Shown piece after piece: positions 9,445 through 21,033 of a stretch of DNA of 64,000 nt. Each line of letters opens with the position of its first letter. Position 1 is the first letter of the stretch. The position numbers and the translations under genes were made by a program. Under the pieces are notes generated by a model, which had not been told where the DNA came from, did no database searches, and saw only the letters and a list, made by a program, of their open reading frames with translations. The DNA is from Candidatus Multivoradales bacterium. Its GTDB lineage: Bacteria > Acidobacteriota > Thermoanaerobaculia > Multivoradales > JAHEKO01. Location of the stretch: NCBI GenBank assembly GCA_965223155.1, contig CBDCVR010000013.1:1152001-1216000 (forward strand), given 5' to 3'.

Positions 9445-10283
9445 CTCGCCACCTCCTGTAGGCCGGCCGCTCCCAGCTGCAAAAAGCGAAGCGGCCGAAG
9501 CTTCTCACCTTCGAGATACGGCGCGGCCCGGCGATAGAACTCCTCGAGGCCGGCCACCTCTCTAGGCCCCAAGGTGAAGCTCAGGTTGTTTCTCAGGTAT
9601 CGCATCAGCTCCTCTTCCGGCAGCCGGAGCTCGCGGCCGGCCTCGTGGGCCAGGACACCCAGATTGCGGCGGCCTCGCTCCAGGCTCGCGGCGAAGTCGG
9701 CGGCAATTCTGGACAGCTCGGCGCCGGGCAATTCGCCGCCGGACCGGATCGCCCAAAACGCAAAGACGAACGGCAGACCGGTAAGGCGGCTCCAGGCCTC
9801 GGCGAGATCGAGGACCCGCCCCTCAATCACCGGGATGCTCAGCGCGGGGTCGCCAATGAGAAGCGCGGCGTCATTGCGAGCGAGCATCTCGCCCAAATCG
9901 GCCCGCGCGGGCTCGGCCCGGGGGCGCACACCGTAGAGCGCGTCGAGCAAGATCCTGACGAGGGTCGCCGAAGTGCGGCTGTTCTCGTCCAGCGCCAGCG
10001 TCCGGATCTCGCCGAAAGGAACGTCGCTCACCAGGAGGACGCTCCGCACGGCCTTGTCCGACGCCACGCAACCCGCCGGCAGAATCTCGAGACCGGAGAT
10101 GCGCTGATACTCGATCGAAGGGATCAGCCCGACGTCGAGCTCGCCGGAGGCGAGCCGATCGGCCACCTGCGCCGGCGGCAGGTACACGGCCTCGTAGCGG
10201 TCCGCGACGGCACCGGACAGAAAATCCCAGGCCAGCGGCCGCGAGTTGAGGTAATCGACGATCCCCACGCGCATCTTGGACAT
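9441..10283 (-). CDS. mqnA: Chorismate dehydratase (futalosine pathway)
   Basis: VDYLNSRPL, GLIPSIEY, AVRSVLL, SRTSATL, AALLIGDPAL, LTGLPFVFAFW. Confidence 0.9.
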   Translation of the reverse strand: MSKMRVGIVDYLNSRPLAWDFLSGAVADRYEAVYLPPAQVADRLASGELDVGLIPSIEYQRISGLEILPAGCVASDKAVRSVLLVSDVPFGEIRTLALDENSRTSATLVRILLDALYGVRPRAEPARADLGEMLARNDAALLIGDPALSIPVIEGRVLDLAEAWSRLTGLPFVFAFWAIRSGGELPGAELSRIAADFAASLERGRRNLGVLAHEAGRELRLPEEELMRYLRNNLSFTLGPREVAGLEEFYRRAAPYLEGEKLRPLRFLQLGAAGLQEVAR

Positions 10284-10335
10284 GCCGCCGAGATTCTACC
10301 CGCCGGTCCCAACGCTGAAGACCGCCCGTGGGAGG

Positions 10336-11658
10336 CTACTTGCCCATCGCGTCCAGGAAGTCCTGATTCGACTTGGTCTTCCTGAGCTTGTCGAGCAGCA
10401 GCTCCATCGACTCGACCGTCGACAGCGGGTTGAGAACCTTCCGCAGGACCCAGACCCGGCGCAGCTCGTCCTCCGGCATGAGCAGCTCTTCCTTCCGGGT
10501 GCCCGACTTGTTGATGTCGATCGCCGGGAAGACGCGCTTGTCGACGAGCTTGCGGTCCAAATGGAGCTCGCTGTTGCCGGTACCCTTGAACTCCTCGAAG
10601 ATGACGTCGTCCATGCGGCTGCCGGTGTCCACCAGCGCCGTCGCGATGATGGTCAGGGAGCCGCCTTCCTCGACGTTTCGCGCGGCGCCGAAGAACCGCT
10701 TGGGCCGGTGCAGCGCGTTCGCGTCGATACCGCCCGAGAGCACCTTGCCGGACGGCGGCTGCACGGTGTTGTACGCCCGCGCCAGCCGGGTGATCGAGTC
10801 CAGCAGGATGACGACGTCCTTGCGGTGTTCGACCAGCCGCTTGGCCTTCTCGATGACCATCTCGGCCACCTGGACGTGCCGGGTAGCGGGCTCGTCGAAG
10901 GTCGACGACACCACCTCGCCCTGGACCGAGCGCTGCATGTCGGTGACCTCTTCCGGACGCTCGTCGATGAGCAGCACGATGAGCACGACCTCGGGCTGGT
11001 TCTTGGCGATGGAGTGGGCCAGGGACTGGAGCAGCATGGTCTTACCGGTCCGCGGGGGCGCCACGATCAGAGCGCGCTGCCCTTTACCCATCGGGGTGAC
11101 GAGATCCAAGACCCGCGACGAGAGATCGCCTTCCAACTCGAGACTCAGGCGCTCCAGTGGATAGAGCGGCGTCAGGTTGTCGAAGAAGATCTTTCCCCGC
11201 GCGACGTCGGGATGTTCGAAGTTGACCGCCTCGACCTTGATCAGGGCGAAGTAGCGCTCGCTGTCCTTGGGCTGCCGGACCTGCCCCGAGACGGTATCGC
11301 CCGTGCGCAGATCGAATCGACGGATCTGGCTGGGCGAAACGTAGATGTCGTCGGGACCGGGCAGGTAGTTGTACTCGGGCGCCCGCAGGAAGCCGAATCC
11401 GTCCGGCAAGCACTCCAGCACGCCCTCGGCGAAGATCAGGCCGCTTTGCTCGGTTTGCGCCTGCAGAATCTTGAAGATCAGCTCCTGCTTGCGCATGGTG
11501 CTGGTGCCCTCGACTTCCAGATCCACGGCCACCTTGGTCAGGGCCGCGCTGGTCATCTCCTTGAGGGCGCTGATGTCGAGTCCGTTCTTGTCCGCTACGA
11601 CGCGAGGCGAGTCGCCCTCGGCCGCCGGCGCTTCCGATTTCTCTGCTGTCTCAGTCAT
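10336..11658 (-). CDS. rho: Transcription termination factor Rho
   Basis: [54 protein letters not shown]. Confidence 0.98.
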   Translation of the reverse strand: MTETAEKSEAPAAEGDSPRVVADKNGLDISALKEMTSAALTKVAVDLEVEGTSTMRKQELIFKILQAQTEQSGLIFAEGVLECLPDGFGFLRAPEYNYLPGPDDIYVSPSQIRRFDLRTGDTVSGQVRQPKDSERYFALIKVEAVNFEHPDVARGKIFFDNLTPLYPLERLSLELEGDLSSRVLDLVTPMGKGQRALIVAPPRTGKTMLLQSLAHSIAKNQPEVVLIVLLIDERPEEVTDMQRSVQGEVVSSTFDEPATRHVQVAEMVIEKAKRLVEHRKDVVILLDSITRLARAYNTVQPPSGKVLSGGIDANALHRPKRFFGAARNVEEGGSLTIIATALVDTGSRMDDVIFEEFKGTGNSELHLDRKLVDKRVFPAIDINKSGTRKEELLMPEDELRRVWVLRKVLNPLSTVESMELLLDKLRKTKSNQDFLDAMGK

Positions 11659-12271
11659 TCATGACCCCTTTGGAGTTCTCCGAGGACGACGCCTCGAGAT
11701 ACCGATCCACCCGCCGCCAGAGTTCCTTGGTTCCATCGCCCGTGGTGCCGGAAACCGGCAGCACGTCTTCCGGATCGATTGCCAGCGCGCGCGCGATCGA
11801 TCCAGCGGTTCCGTGCCGCCGTCCGCGGGCGATCCGATCGCTCTTGGTCGCCGCCACGATCGGCGAGATGCCGAGGCTCTTCAGATACTCGGTGGCCTGC
11901 TGGTCGAGCGCCGTGGCGCCCACCTTCGCATCCACGAGCTGAATCACCAGAGCCCGCCCCGCGACCGACTCGAGGTAGCGTTCCATCAGCTCGGCCCAGG
12001 CCTGGCGCTCCGACTTCGAGACCTTTGCGTAGCCGTACCCCGGCAAATCCACCAGGAAGAAGGCGCGGTTGATCTCGAAGTAGTTGATCGCTCGGGTCCG
12101 GCCCGGCGTGGAGCTGATCCGGGCTAGCGCCTTGCGGCCGACCAGCCGGTTCAGAAGCGTCGACTTGCCGACGTTCGACCGTCCCACGAGGGCCACCTGC
12201 GGCCTGCCGTCCTGGATCAGGTCCGGAACGGAGACCGCGGAGCGAAGATACTCCGCCGACTTGATCTTCAA
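11651..12271 (-). CDS. engB: Ribosome biogenesis GTPase EngB/YihA
   Basis: TTG start at about 12271 after [31 protein letters not shown]. Overlaps the rho start. Confidence 0.93.
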   Translation of the reverse strand: MKIKSAEYLRSAVSVPDLIQDGRPQVALVGRSNVGKSTLLNRLVGRKALARISSTPGRTRAINYFEINRAFFLVDLPGYGYAKVSKSERQAWAELMERYLESVAGRALVIQLVDAKVGATALDQQATEYLKSLGISPIVAATKSDRIARGRRHGTAGSIARALAIDPEDVLPVSGTTGDGTKELWRRVDRYLEASSSENSKGVMND

Positions 12272-12417
12272 ACTGCACCTCTGCGGCGATCTTTTTCGTG
12301 GGATGGGCGCCCGCGGTCCACGAAGGGACCGCAAGACTCGAACTGTGGCTGATTGTGTTTGTGGTTTCCGCGAGTCGGGCTACGAGGTGCAGCCCGGGCC
12401 GGCCTCGAACGAGGCGA

Positions 12418-14841
<2,424 letters not shown>

Positions 14842-14893
14842 ATCTTGGAATTTTCCCTTGGAGCCGGCGCGCCAAACGCGCCTGAAGGAGATT

Positions 14894-16129
14894 CTAAACT
14901 GCCTGTTTGAGAGGTGTGGGCTGGGACCGGTTGAGAACCGTCTCCTCGGTGATCACCACTTCGGAGATGTCCTCCTGTGAGGGGATAGTGTACATCAGAT
15001 CCAGCATCAGCTCTTCGAGAATGATGCGCAGTCCACGGGCCCCGACGTTGCGCTTCTGCGCTTCGCTGGCGACCGCCGTGAGCGCGTCCTCGGTGAACTT
15101 CAACTCGACGTCCTCGAGCTCGAACATCGTCTGGTACTGGCGCACCAGGCTGTTCTTGGGCTCCTGGAGGATCCGCACCAGATCTTCCTCGGTCAGCTCG
15201 TTCAAGGTCGAGATCACCGGCAACCGGCCGACGAACTCGGGGATCAAGCCAAACTTGATCAGGTCCTCGGGAGCCACGTGCTCGAGCAACTTGCCCGAGC
15301 GCCGCTCGCGCTCGGTTTTGACCTCGGCGCCGAAGCCCAGCGACTTCTCGTTCAACCGGTTGGCGATCTGCTGATCCAGGCCCACGAAGGCGCCGCCGCA
15401 GATGAACAGGATGTTGGTCGTGTCGATCTGCAGGAACTCCTGGTGGGGGTGCTTGCGACCGCCCTGAGGCGGCACGTTGCACTGCGTGCCCTCCAGGATC
15501 TTGAGCAACGCCTGCTGCACGCCTTCGCCGGAAACGTCGCGCGTGATCGACGGGTTGTCGCCCTTGCGCGCGATCTTGTCGACCTCGTCGATGTAGACGA
15601 TGCCGCGCTGCGTCTTTTCCTTGTCGTTGCCGGAGGCCTGGTAGAGCTTGAGGATGATGTTCTCGACGTCCTCACCAACGTAGCCGGCCTCGGTCAACGT
15701 GGTGGCGTCGGCGATGGTGAACGGCACCGAAAGGAGGCGTGCCAGCGTCTGGGCCAGCAGCGTCTTGCCGGTTCCGGTGGGGCCGATCAGCAGAATATTG
15801 GACTTCTGCAGCTCCACGTCACCGCGGGCCTTCTCGGCGAACTCGATACGCTTGTAGTGGTTGTAGACCGCGACCGCCAGTTTCTTCTTGGCCAAGCCCT
15901 GGCCGATCACGTAGTCCTCGAGAAACGCCTTGATCTCCTTGGGCTTGGGCAGCTCGGCTTCGTGCTGCTGCTCGATCATCCGATCCTCGGCGATGATGTC
16001 GAGGCAGATGTCGACGCACTCGTCGCAAATGAAGACGGTGGGGCCGGCGATCAGCTTCTTGACCTCGCGCTGGCTCTTGTTGCAGAACGAGCACCTCAGC
16101 GCTTCGTCGCCATTCTCTTTCCTGGACAT
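14894..16129 (-). CDS. clpX: Clp protease ATP-binding subunit ClpX
   Basis: CSFC...CDEC zinc domain, [26 protein letters not shown] loop. Confidence 0.98.
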   Translation of the reverse strand: MSRKENGDEALRCSFCNKSQREVKKLIAGPTVFICDECVDICLDIIAEDRMIEQQHEAELPKPKEIKAFLEDYVIGQGLAKKKLAVAVYNHYKRIEFAEKARGDVELQKSNILLIGPTGTGKTLLAQTLARLLSVPFTIADATTLTEAGYVGEDVENIILKLYQASGNDKEKTQRGIVYIDEVDKIARKGDNPSITRDVSGEGVQQALLKILEGTQCNVPPQGGRKHPHQEFLQIDTTNILFICGGAFVGLDQQIANRLNEKSLGFGAEVKTERERRSGKLLEHVAPEDLIKFGLIPEFVGRLPVISTLNELTEEDLVRILQEPKNSLVRQYQTMFELEDVELKFTEDALTAVASEAQKRNVGARGLRIILEELMLDLMYTIPSQEDISEVVITEETVLNRSQPTPLKQAV

Positions 16130-16315
16130 GGTTACTCCCTGCGTTCCAAGGCTCTGCTCTCCAAGGCGGGGCCTTCGGGCCGCGGCGTCAGTGCCGCCTG
16201 CCCTTTCGAACAGAATCCTCCGGCGCGGAAATTTCCGCTATGCAACACGGAACAGCGTCCCCAGCTCCCTGTCGTCACCTCAGAAATCATAGCAAACGGC
16301 CTTTGGGCTCGGTGC

Positions 16316-16918
16316 CTAGGTCTGCTCCGTGGGACCGGTCCGGCGAGTCATGACCTGATCGGCCAGACCATACTCGACAGCGGCTGCGGCGGTCAGGATC
16401 TTGTCCCGCTCTGTGTCCGCGTGGATCTCGTCATGCGGCTTGCCGGTGTGCTCCGCTAGGATCTCATCGATACGCTCCCGCATCCGCATCAGGTCCTTGG
16501 CGTGGATGTCGATGTCCGTCTGCTGGCCCTGCAGACCGTGGAGCAGCGGCTGATGGATCAGAACGCGGCTGTTGGGGAGCACGGAGCGCTTGCCCTTGGC
16601 CCCACCAGCGAGCAATACGGCGGCCATGGACGCCGCCTGACCGACACACAGAGTCGCGACGTCGGGCTTGATGTACTGCATCGTGTCGTAGATAGCGAGC
16701 CCGGCCGTAATCACACCGCCGGGCGAGTTGATGTAGATCGCAATGTCCTTCTCGGGATTCTCGGCTTCGAGAAACAGGAGCTGGGCGATGATGAGGTTCG
16801 AGACGTCATCGTCGATCGCCCGTCCCAAGAAGATGATGTTGTCCTTGAGCAGGCGCGAGTAGATGTCATAGGCGCGCTCGCCACGGTTGGTCTGCTCGAC
16901 GACCATCGGTATCAGCAT
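16316..16918 (-). CDS. clpP: Clp protease proteolytic subunit
   Basis: [29 protein letters not shown]. Confidence 0.98.
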   Translation of the reverse strand: MLIPMVVEQTNRGERAYDIYSRLLKDNIIFLGRAIDDDVSNLIIAQLLFLEAENPEKDIAIYINSPGGVITAGLAIYDTMQYIKPDVATLCVGQAASMAAVLLAGGAKGKRSVLPNSRVLIHQPLLHGLQGQQTDIDIHAKDLMRMRERIDEILAEHTGKPHDEIHADTERDKILTAAAAVEYGLADQVMTRRTGPTEQT

Positions 16919-16963
16919 GAAAGGGTCTCTCCTGCTCTCTAGTTCGTAGGCACTCGAAAAGTG

Positions 16964-18322
16964 TTACTCCGACTCGTCGGTCCCGGCGGCTCCATCTTCG
17001 TCGTCCTTGCCGGCGACGATCTCCCGTGGCTCGTCGCCGAGGAGCTTCTTGATCGCTCGCTCGTGCAATAGCTGTTCCCGAAGCTCCACCAGCCGGCCAT
17101 TGCGATCCAGCTCTTGCCGGAGCTGTCCCGAGGTCTTCTTGCGAGAGCGAGCAATTGCGGCCAGGGTGGCTTCCAGCTCTTCCTCCGGAACCGCCAGCTC
17201 GAACCGCTCCACGACCCGGTCGAGCACCAGCCGGACGCGCACCCGCGCTTCGGCCTGGGGCCGCAAGTCATCACCCATCTTCTGCCAGTCCACCTCAGCC
17301 TCTTCGACGTCGACGCCTTGCATCGCCAGGTCCCGTGCGTAGCCGGTCATCATTTCTCGGACCTCTTCGTCTACCACCCGCGGCGGCAGCTCGAACGGGT
17401 GGCGTTCGGCCAGTTGGGTGAGCAGGGCCTGGCGGCGCTGGCGGTGGCGTTCGCTCACCTTGGCTCGGCGAAGGTTCTTCCGTACGTCGCCCTCGAGCTC
17501 GGCAAGGGTCTCGAACTCGCCCAACTTGCCCGCGAACTCGTCGTCGAGCGGCGCCAGATCCGGTTCTTCGATCTGGCGGACCTCGATCCGGAAGCGCTGC
17601 GGCGGAGCGTCTTCATGGTCTACCGACGGGCGCGAGAACTCGGCGCTCTGGCCGACGCCCAGACCCGTGGCCGCGAGCGACAGCTCCTCCCAGACGTTGG
17701 GATCACCGACCTCGAAGCTCGACACCTGCGGCTCCGAATCCGACTCGCCGTCCTTCTCGGCGCCCTCATCGCTGTTCTCATCGCCGGCCTCGATTTCCGG
17801 ATCCAGGAGCTCGATCGCCACGGTGACGCGATCCCCGTTGGCCGCGGGCCGTTCCACGGGTGCCCAGTCGGCGAGCTTGAGGCGCAGGTCCTCGAGAGCC
17901 TCATTGACCTCGCCATCGGCCGGCTCGGCGTCCGGATCCGGCAGATCGAAGCTATCGACGTTACCCAGCTCGAAGTCGGGCTTGAGGTCCACCCTCGCCA
18001 CGAAGACCAGGTCCTCGCCTTCGGCGTACTCGACGTTCGCCAGCTCGGGCGCCAGCAACGGCGTCAGCGAGCTCTCCGCCTCGGCCTGTTTCCAGTAGCG
18101 CGGCACCAGCCGCTCGACGACCTCGTGCTCGATGTCGTCGCCAAAGTGCTTCTTCACGATGGCGAGCGGCACCTTGCCCTTGCGGAAACCGGGAATCCGG
18201 GCGTGTTTGCGGTATTCGGAGGCTACCCGCGTGGTTTCCGCTTCGACCGCGGGAGCGGGCACGGAAACCTTGACTTCCTTCTGGCAGGCACCAAGATCTT
18301 CGATCGAAACGACAACACTCAT
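16964..18322 (-). CDS. tig: Trigger factor
   Basis: IPGFRKGKVP ribosome-binding motif. Canonical tRNA-Leu-tig-clpP-clpX-lon order. Confidence 0.95.
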   Translation of the reverse strand: MSVVVSIEDLGACQKEVKVSVPAPAVEAETTRVASEYRKHARIPGFRKGKVPLAIVKKHFGDDIEHEVVERLVPRYWKQAEAESSLTPLLAPELANVEYAEGEDLVFVARVDLKPDFELGNVDSFDLPDPDAEPADGEVNEALEDLRLKLADWAPVERPAANGDRVTVAIELLDPEIEAGDENSDEGAEKDGESDSEPQVSSFEVGDPNVWEELSLAATGLGVGQSAEFSRPSVDHEDAPPQRFRIEVRQIEEPDLAPLDDEFAGKLGEFETLAELEGDVRKNLRRAKVSERHRQRRQALLTQLAERHPFELPPRVVDEEVREMMTGYARDLAMQGVDVEEAEVDWQKMGDDLRPQAEARVRVRLVLDRVVERFELAVPEEELEATLAAIARSRKKTSGQLRQELDRNGRLVELREQLLHERAIKKLLGDEPREIVAGKDDEDGAAGTDESE

Positions 18323-18386
18323 CTGGACGACTCGACTCCGGAACTCTAAGAAACTCTAGGGGATGACTGGGGTTCGGAAACCGGGA

Positions 18387-18472
18387 TGGTGCGAAAGGGG
18401 GGACTCGAACCCCCACCCCGGTACGGGACTAGATCCTAAGTCTAGCGCGTCTACCAATTCCGCCACTTTCGC
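18387..18472 (-). tRNA. tRNA-Leu (TAG)
   Basis: GCGAAAGTGGCGGAATTGGTAGACGCGCTAGACTTAGGATCTAG...GGGGGTTCGAGTCCCCCCTTTCGCACCA. Long variable arm and encoded CCA. Confidence 0.96.
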
Positions 18473-18604
18473 CCCAGGAAAAGCCCAACACTCCGACCCA
18501 CGATGGGCCGCCGGCCGGGCACTGGCAACGTTGGCAGAACCCCACTCAAACTGCAAGACGCCGGGCCGCCCTCCGGGCCCTTCTCCACGGCGCCGGAGCT
18601 CCTC

Positions 18605-19429
18605 CTAGTGGAAGGTCACGAGCGGCGACTCGGATCTCGTCCCGGGAGGCGCGTGCCGTTCCGGTCCGGGACACCCCCAGGAGCGCAGATGGCAGATCGA
18701 GCACTCGGCGCTGGGCAGCCCGGCCCGCAGCTCGTCGGTCCGCACCACCACGACCGCGTCCGGTTCCTCGGTCAGGTAGTGGCATTCCTTGAGCCGGGCC
18801 AGGATCCGGGACAGCGTCTCGGGCTGGATCGAAAGATGCGAAGCCAGCGTGGCCTTCGGTACCGCCAGCTTGATCCTCTGAAGACCCGAGCCGCCCCCTG
18901 CCTTCTCGAGCAGATAGGCCATGACGCGCTGGGTGGCGTCGTGCAGGGTCAGCTTCTCGATGTGGTCCAGGAGCATCTGCTGGCGCCGATGGAAGGTCGA
19001 GGCCAGCCGCAGGCACAAGAGGCTCGAATCTTCCAGAAAGGACCGGAACGGCGCTCGCTCGAGGCTCAGGAGATGCGCCTCGCCCACCGCGCGGGCGTTG
19101 AGGTCGTGCCGGGGCGCTTCCAGGATCAAGGTCTCCTCGCCGAAGACCTCATCCTCTCCGACCAAAGCGACAATCGACTCACGGCCGTCGGCCGACTGCC
19201 GGAACAGAGCGATCTGGCCGCTCCGGACGACGAAGAACCGGTCCGCGGCCTCGCCCTGGTGGTAGAGCCAGCGGCCCGATTCCAGGCGCACCGTGCGCGC
19301 GCCGGCCAGGATCCGTTGGATCTCGTCCTCGTCCAGGCCCTCGAAAAGATAGAGCTGCCGCAGGTACTCCGGCAACCGCTCGCGGCATTCCAGAGCTAGG
19401 ACGGGATCGTCTGCGCAGGCGCGGCACAT
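18605..19429 (-). CDS. Crp/Fnr-family transcriptional regulator with Cys-rich termini
   Basis: cNMP-like domain (LYHQGE, VFGEE), ATQRVMAYLL, HTH with QPETLSRIL. N-terminal CRAC, C-terminal CSICH-x5-C. Confidence 0.88.
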   Translation of the reverse strand: MCRACADDPVLALECRERLPEYLRQLYLFEGLDEDEIQRILAGARTVRLESGRWLYHQGEAADRFFVVRSGQIALFRQSADGRESIVALVGEDEVFGEETLILEAPRHDLNARAVGEAHLLSLERAPFRSFLEDSSLLCLRLASTFHRRQQMLLDHIEKLTLHDATQRVMAYLLEKAGGGSGLQRIKLAVPKATLASHLSIQPETLSRILARLKECHYLTEEPDAVVVVRTDELRAGLPSAECSICHLRSWGCPGPERHAPPGTRSESPLVTFH

Positions 19430-19445
19430 GGGAGGGCAATTTTGG

Positions 19446-19461
19446 ACTGATTCGGTTCAGT
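19446..19461. promoter_or_regulatory. FNR/DNR-like palindrome, candidate autoregulatory operator
   Basis: ACTGATTCGGTTCAGT lies 16 bp upstream of the Crp/Fnr ATG and overlaps a minus-strand TAAACT -10-like hexamer. Confidence 0.4.
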
Positions 19462-19558
19462 TTACAAGCGGTCGAGCCGGCACATCCGGGCCAACAGCCG
19501 CGTCAACCGGCCCCAATCGGAACCAACGGTTCAGTCGGCAGGAGGCTCCGGGAACCTC

Positions 19559-20923
19559 CTAACGATCGACGTAGCCCAGCGCCGAGAGCTCGCGGCGCAG
19601 ATCTTCGTCGAGCTCGGCGGCCGCCGCCGGACCCACCGCGCTGATCTCGCTTGCGGCGAGTTCCATCGCCTCCACCGTCTGGCGCAGCCGGGAAGCGACC
19701 TCGGGACGTCGCTTCGAGAGATCACTCGCCTCCCTTGGATCGGAGGAGAGATCGAAGAGCCGGTCGGCCGGGCCGGGGCCGAGGCTGAGCTTCCACGGAA
19801 AACGCACCACGGCTCGGCGGCTGGCGCCGTAGAGGGTCGACGTGACGAAGAGACTGCGGTCCCGGTCGGCAACGGCGCCGCCCGTCGTCGCCGGCCAGAG
19901 CGACAGGCCCTCGACTTCGGACGGCGCCGCGATGCCCAAGGCGTCGAGGACCGACGGCATGACGTCGGCCAGAGAGGCCGGCTCGCTACGCCGCGCCGGC
20001 TCGACGCCGGGGCCCCACAGCACCAGGGGTACGCGCAGCACTTCCTCCCAGAGGGCGTGTCCGTGCTCGAAGCCGTCATGCTCGAAGAGCTCCTCACCGT
20101 GATCCGAGGTCAAGACCACCAGCGAGGTGTCCCATACGTTTCGCTCCTCGAGAGTACGGAAGAAGCGCTCGATCTCGAGGTCGACGAAGGCGATCTCTTC
20201 GTCGTAGGCGGCGATGATGAACTCCCGCTCGTCCGCCGGCACCCTAGGCGCTCGCTTGCGGATCTTCCGGGGCAGCACGACCGGCAGCGAGTAGCGCCCG
20301 CCGAGCGGTTCGGTGAACTTCCCGCGAAAGGGTTCCGGCGCGTCGTAGCGCATGTGCGGATCGAAGATATGGACCAGCAAGAAAAAGGGGTTCTCCTGCT
20401 GCCGAGCGATCCAGTCGAGCGCGACGTCAACGGTCTCGTCTGCCAACCGGTGGCGGCTGTTTCCCGGCTTGGTCGTACCTTCGTCGTAGTCCGAGAACCC
20501 TCGACCAAGTCCGAACTGAGCCCGCAGAAACGGGTTATTGACGATGGCCCCGGTCGCGAGCCCGTTTTCGGCGAGTAGCCCCGAGAGCGTCTCCAAACGC
20601 TCGTCTAGCCGGCTGAAGCCGCCCTCGCCACGACCGTCCGGCGACTTGCGCCCGGCGCCGTGTGTGTCCGCGAAGGTTCCGGTCAACAACGAAGCCATCG
20701 ACGGCAGCGTCCACGATGAGGTGGCCCAAGTACGGTCGAAGGACGTTCCGGAGTCTACCCATCGGTCGAGCTCCGGAGTCGTGGGGCGAGGATAGCCGGC
20801 AAAGCTCAAATGATCGTAGCGCAGCGTGTCCACCACGATCAGGATCAGGTTGCGCGGAGCCTCTCTCCCGCAACCCGCGAAAAGCACTAGAGCCGCAACC
20901 ACGCAGGCCTTGAGGTATCCCAT
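19559..20923 (-). CDS. Sulfatase/alkaline-phosphatase-superfamily lipoprotein
   Basis: Lipobox LFAGC, VDTLRYDH, SSWTLPSMASLLTG, DPH, TSDHGEE...HGH, C-terminal LSALGY. Confidence 0.85.
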   Translation of the reverse strand: MGYLKACVVAALVLFAGCGREAPRNLILIVVDTLRYDHLSFAGYPRPTTPELDRWVDSGTSFDRTWATSSWTLPSMASLLTGTFADTHGAGRKSPDGRGEGGFSRLDERLETLSGLLAENGLATGAIVNNPFLRAQFGLGRGFSDYDEGTTKPGNSRHRLADETVDVALDWIARQQENPFFLLVHIFDPHMRYDAPEPFRGKFTEPLGGRYSLPVVLPRKIRKRAPRVPADEREFIIAAYDEEIAFVDLEIERFFRTLEERNVWDTSLVVLTSDHGEELFEHDGFEHGHALWEEVLRVPLVLWGPGVEPARRSEPASLADVMPSVLDALGIAAPSEVEGLSLWPATTGGAVADRDRSLFVTSTLYGASRRAVVRFPWKLSLGPGPADRLFDLSSDPREASDLSKRRPEVASRLRQTVEAMELAASEISAVGPAAAAELDEDLRRELSALGYVDR

Positions 20924-21033
20924 CGCAGGTAGACTATCGTCCTTGGAGCGTGTCCGTGACGCGCGGCGGAGGCAGCCGAGCCCCCGGCGATCCGGACAGT
21001 ACGGTCACCCAGGCCTCCCCGAACCGAAGCAGC

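Noticed and set aside
18680-18710. CxxCH as a c-type cytochrome site in the Crp/Fnr protein
   Set aside because: No export signal in a cytoplasmic DNA-binding protein. Retained only as a possible metal-ligand cluster.
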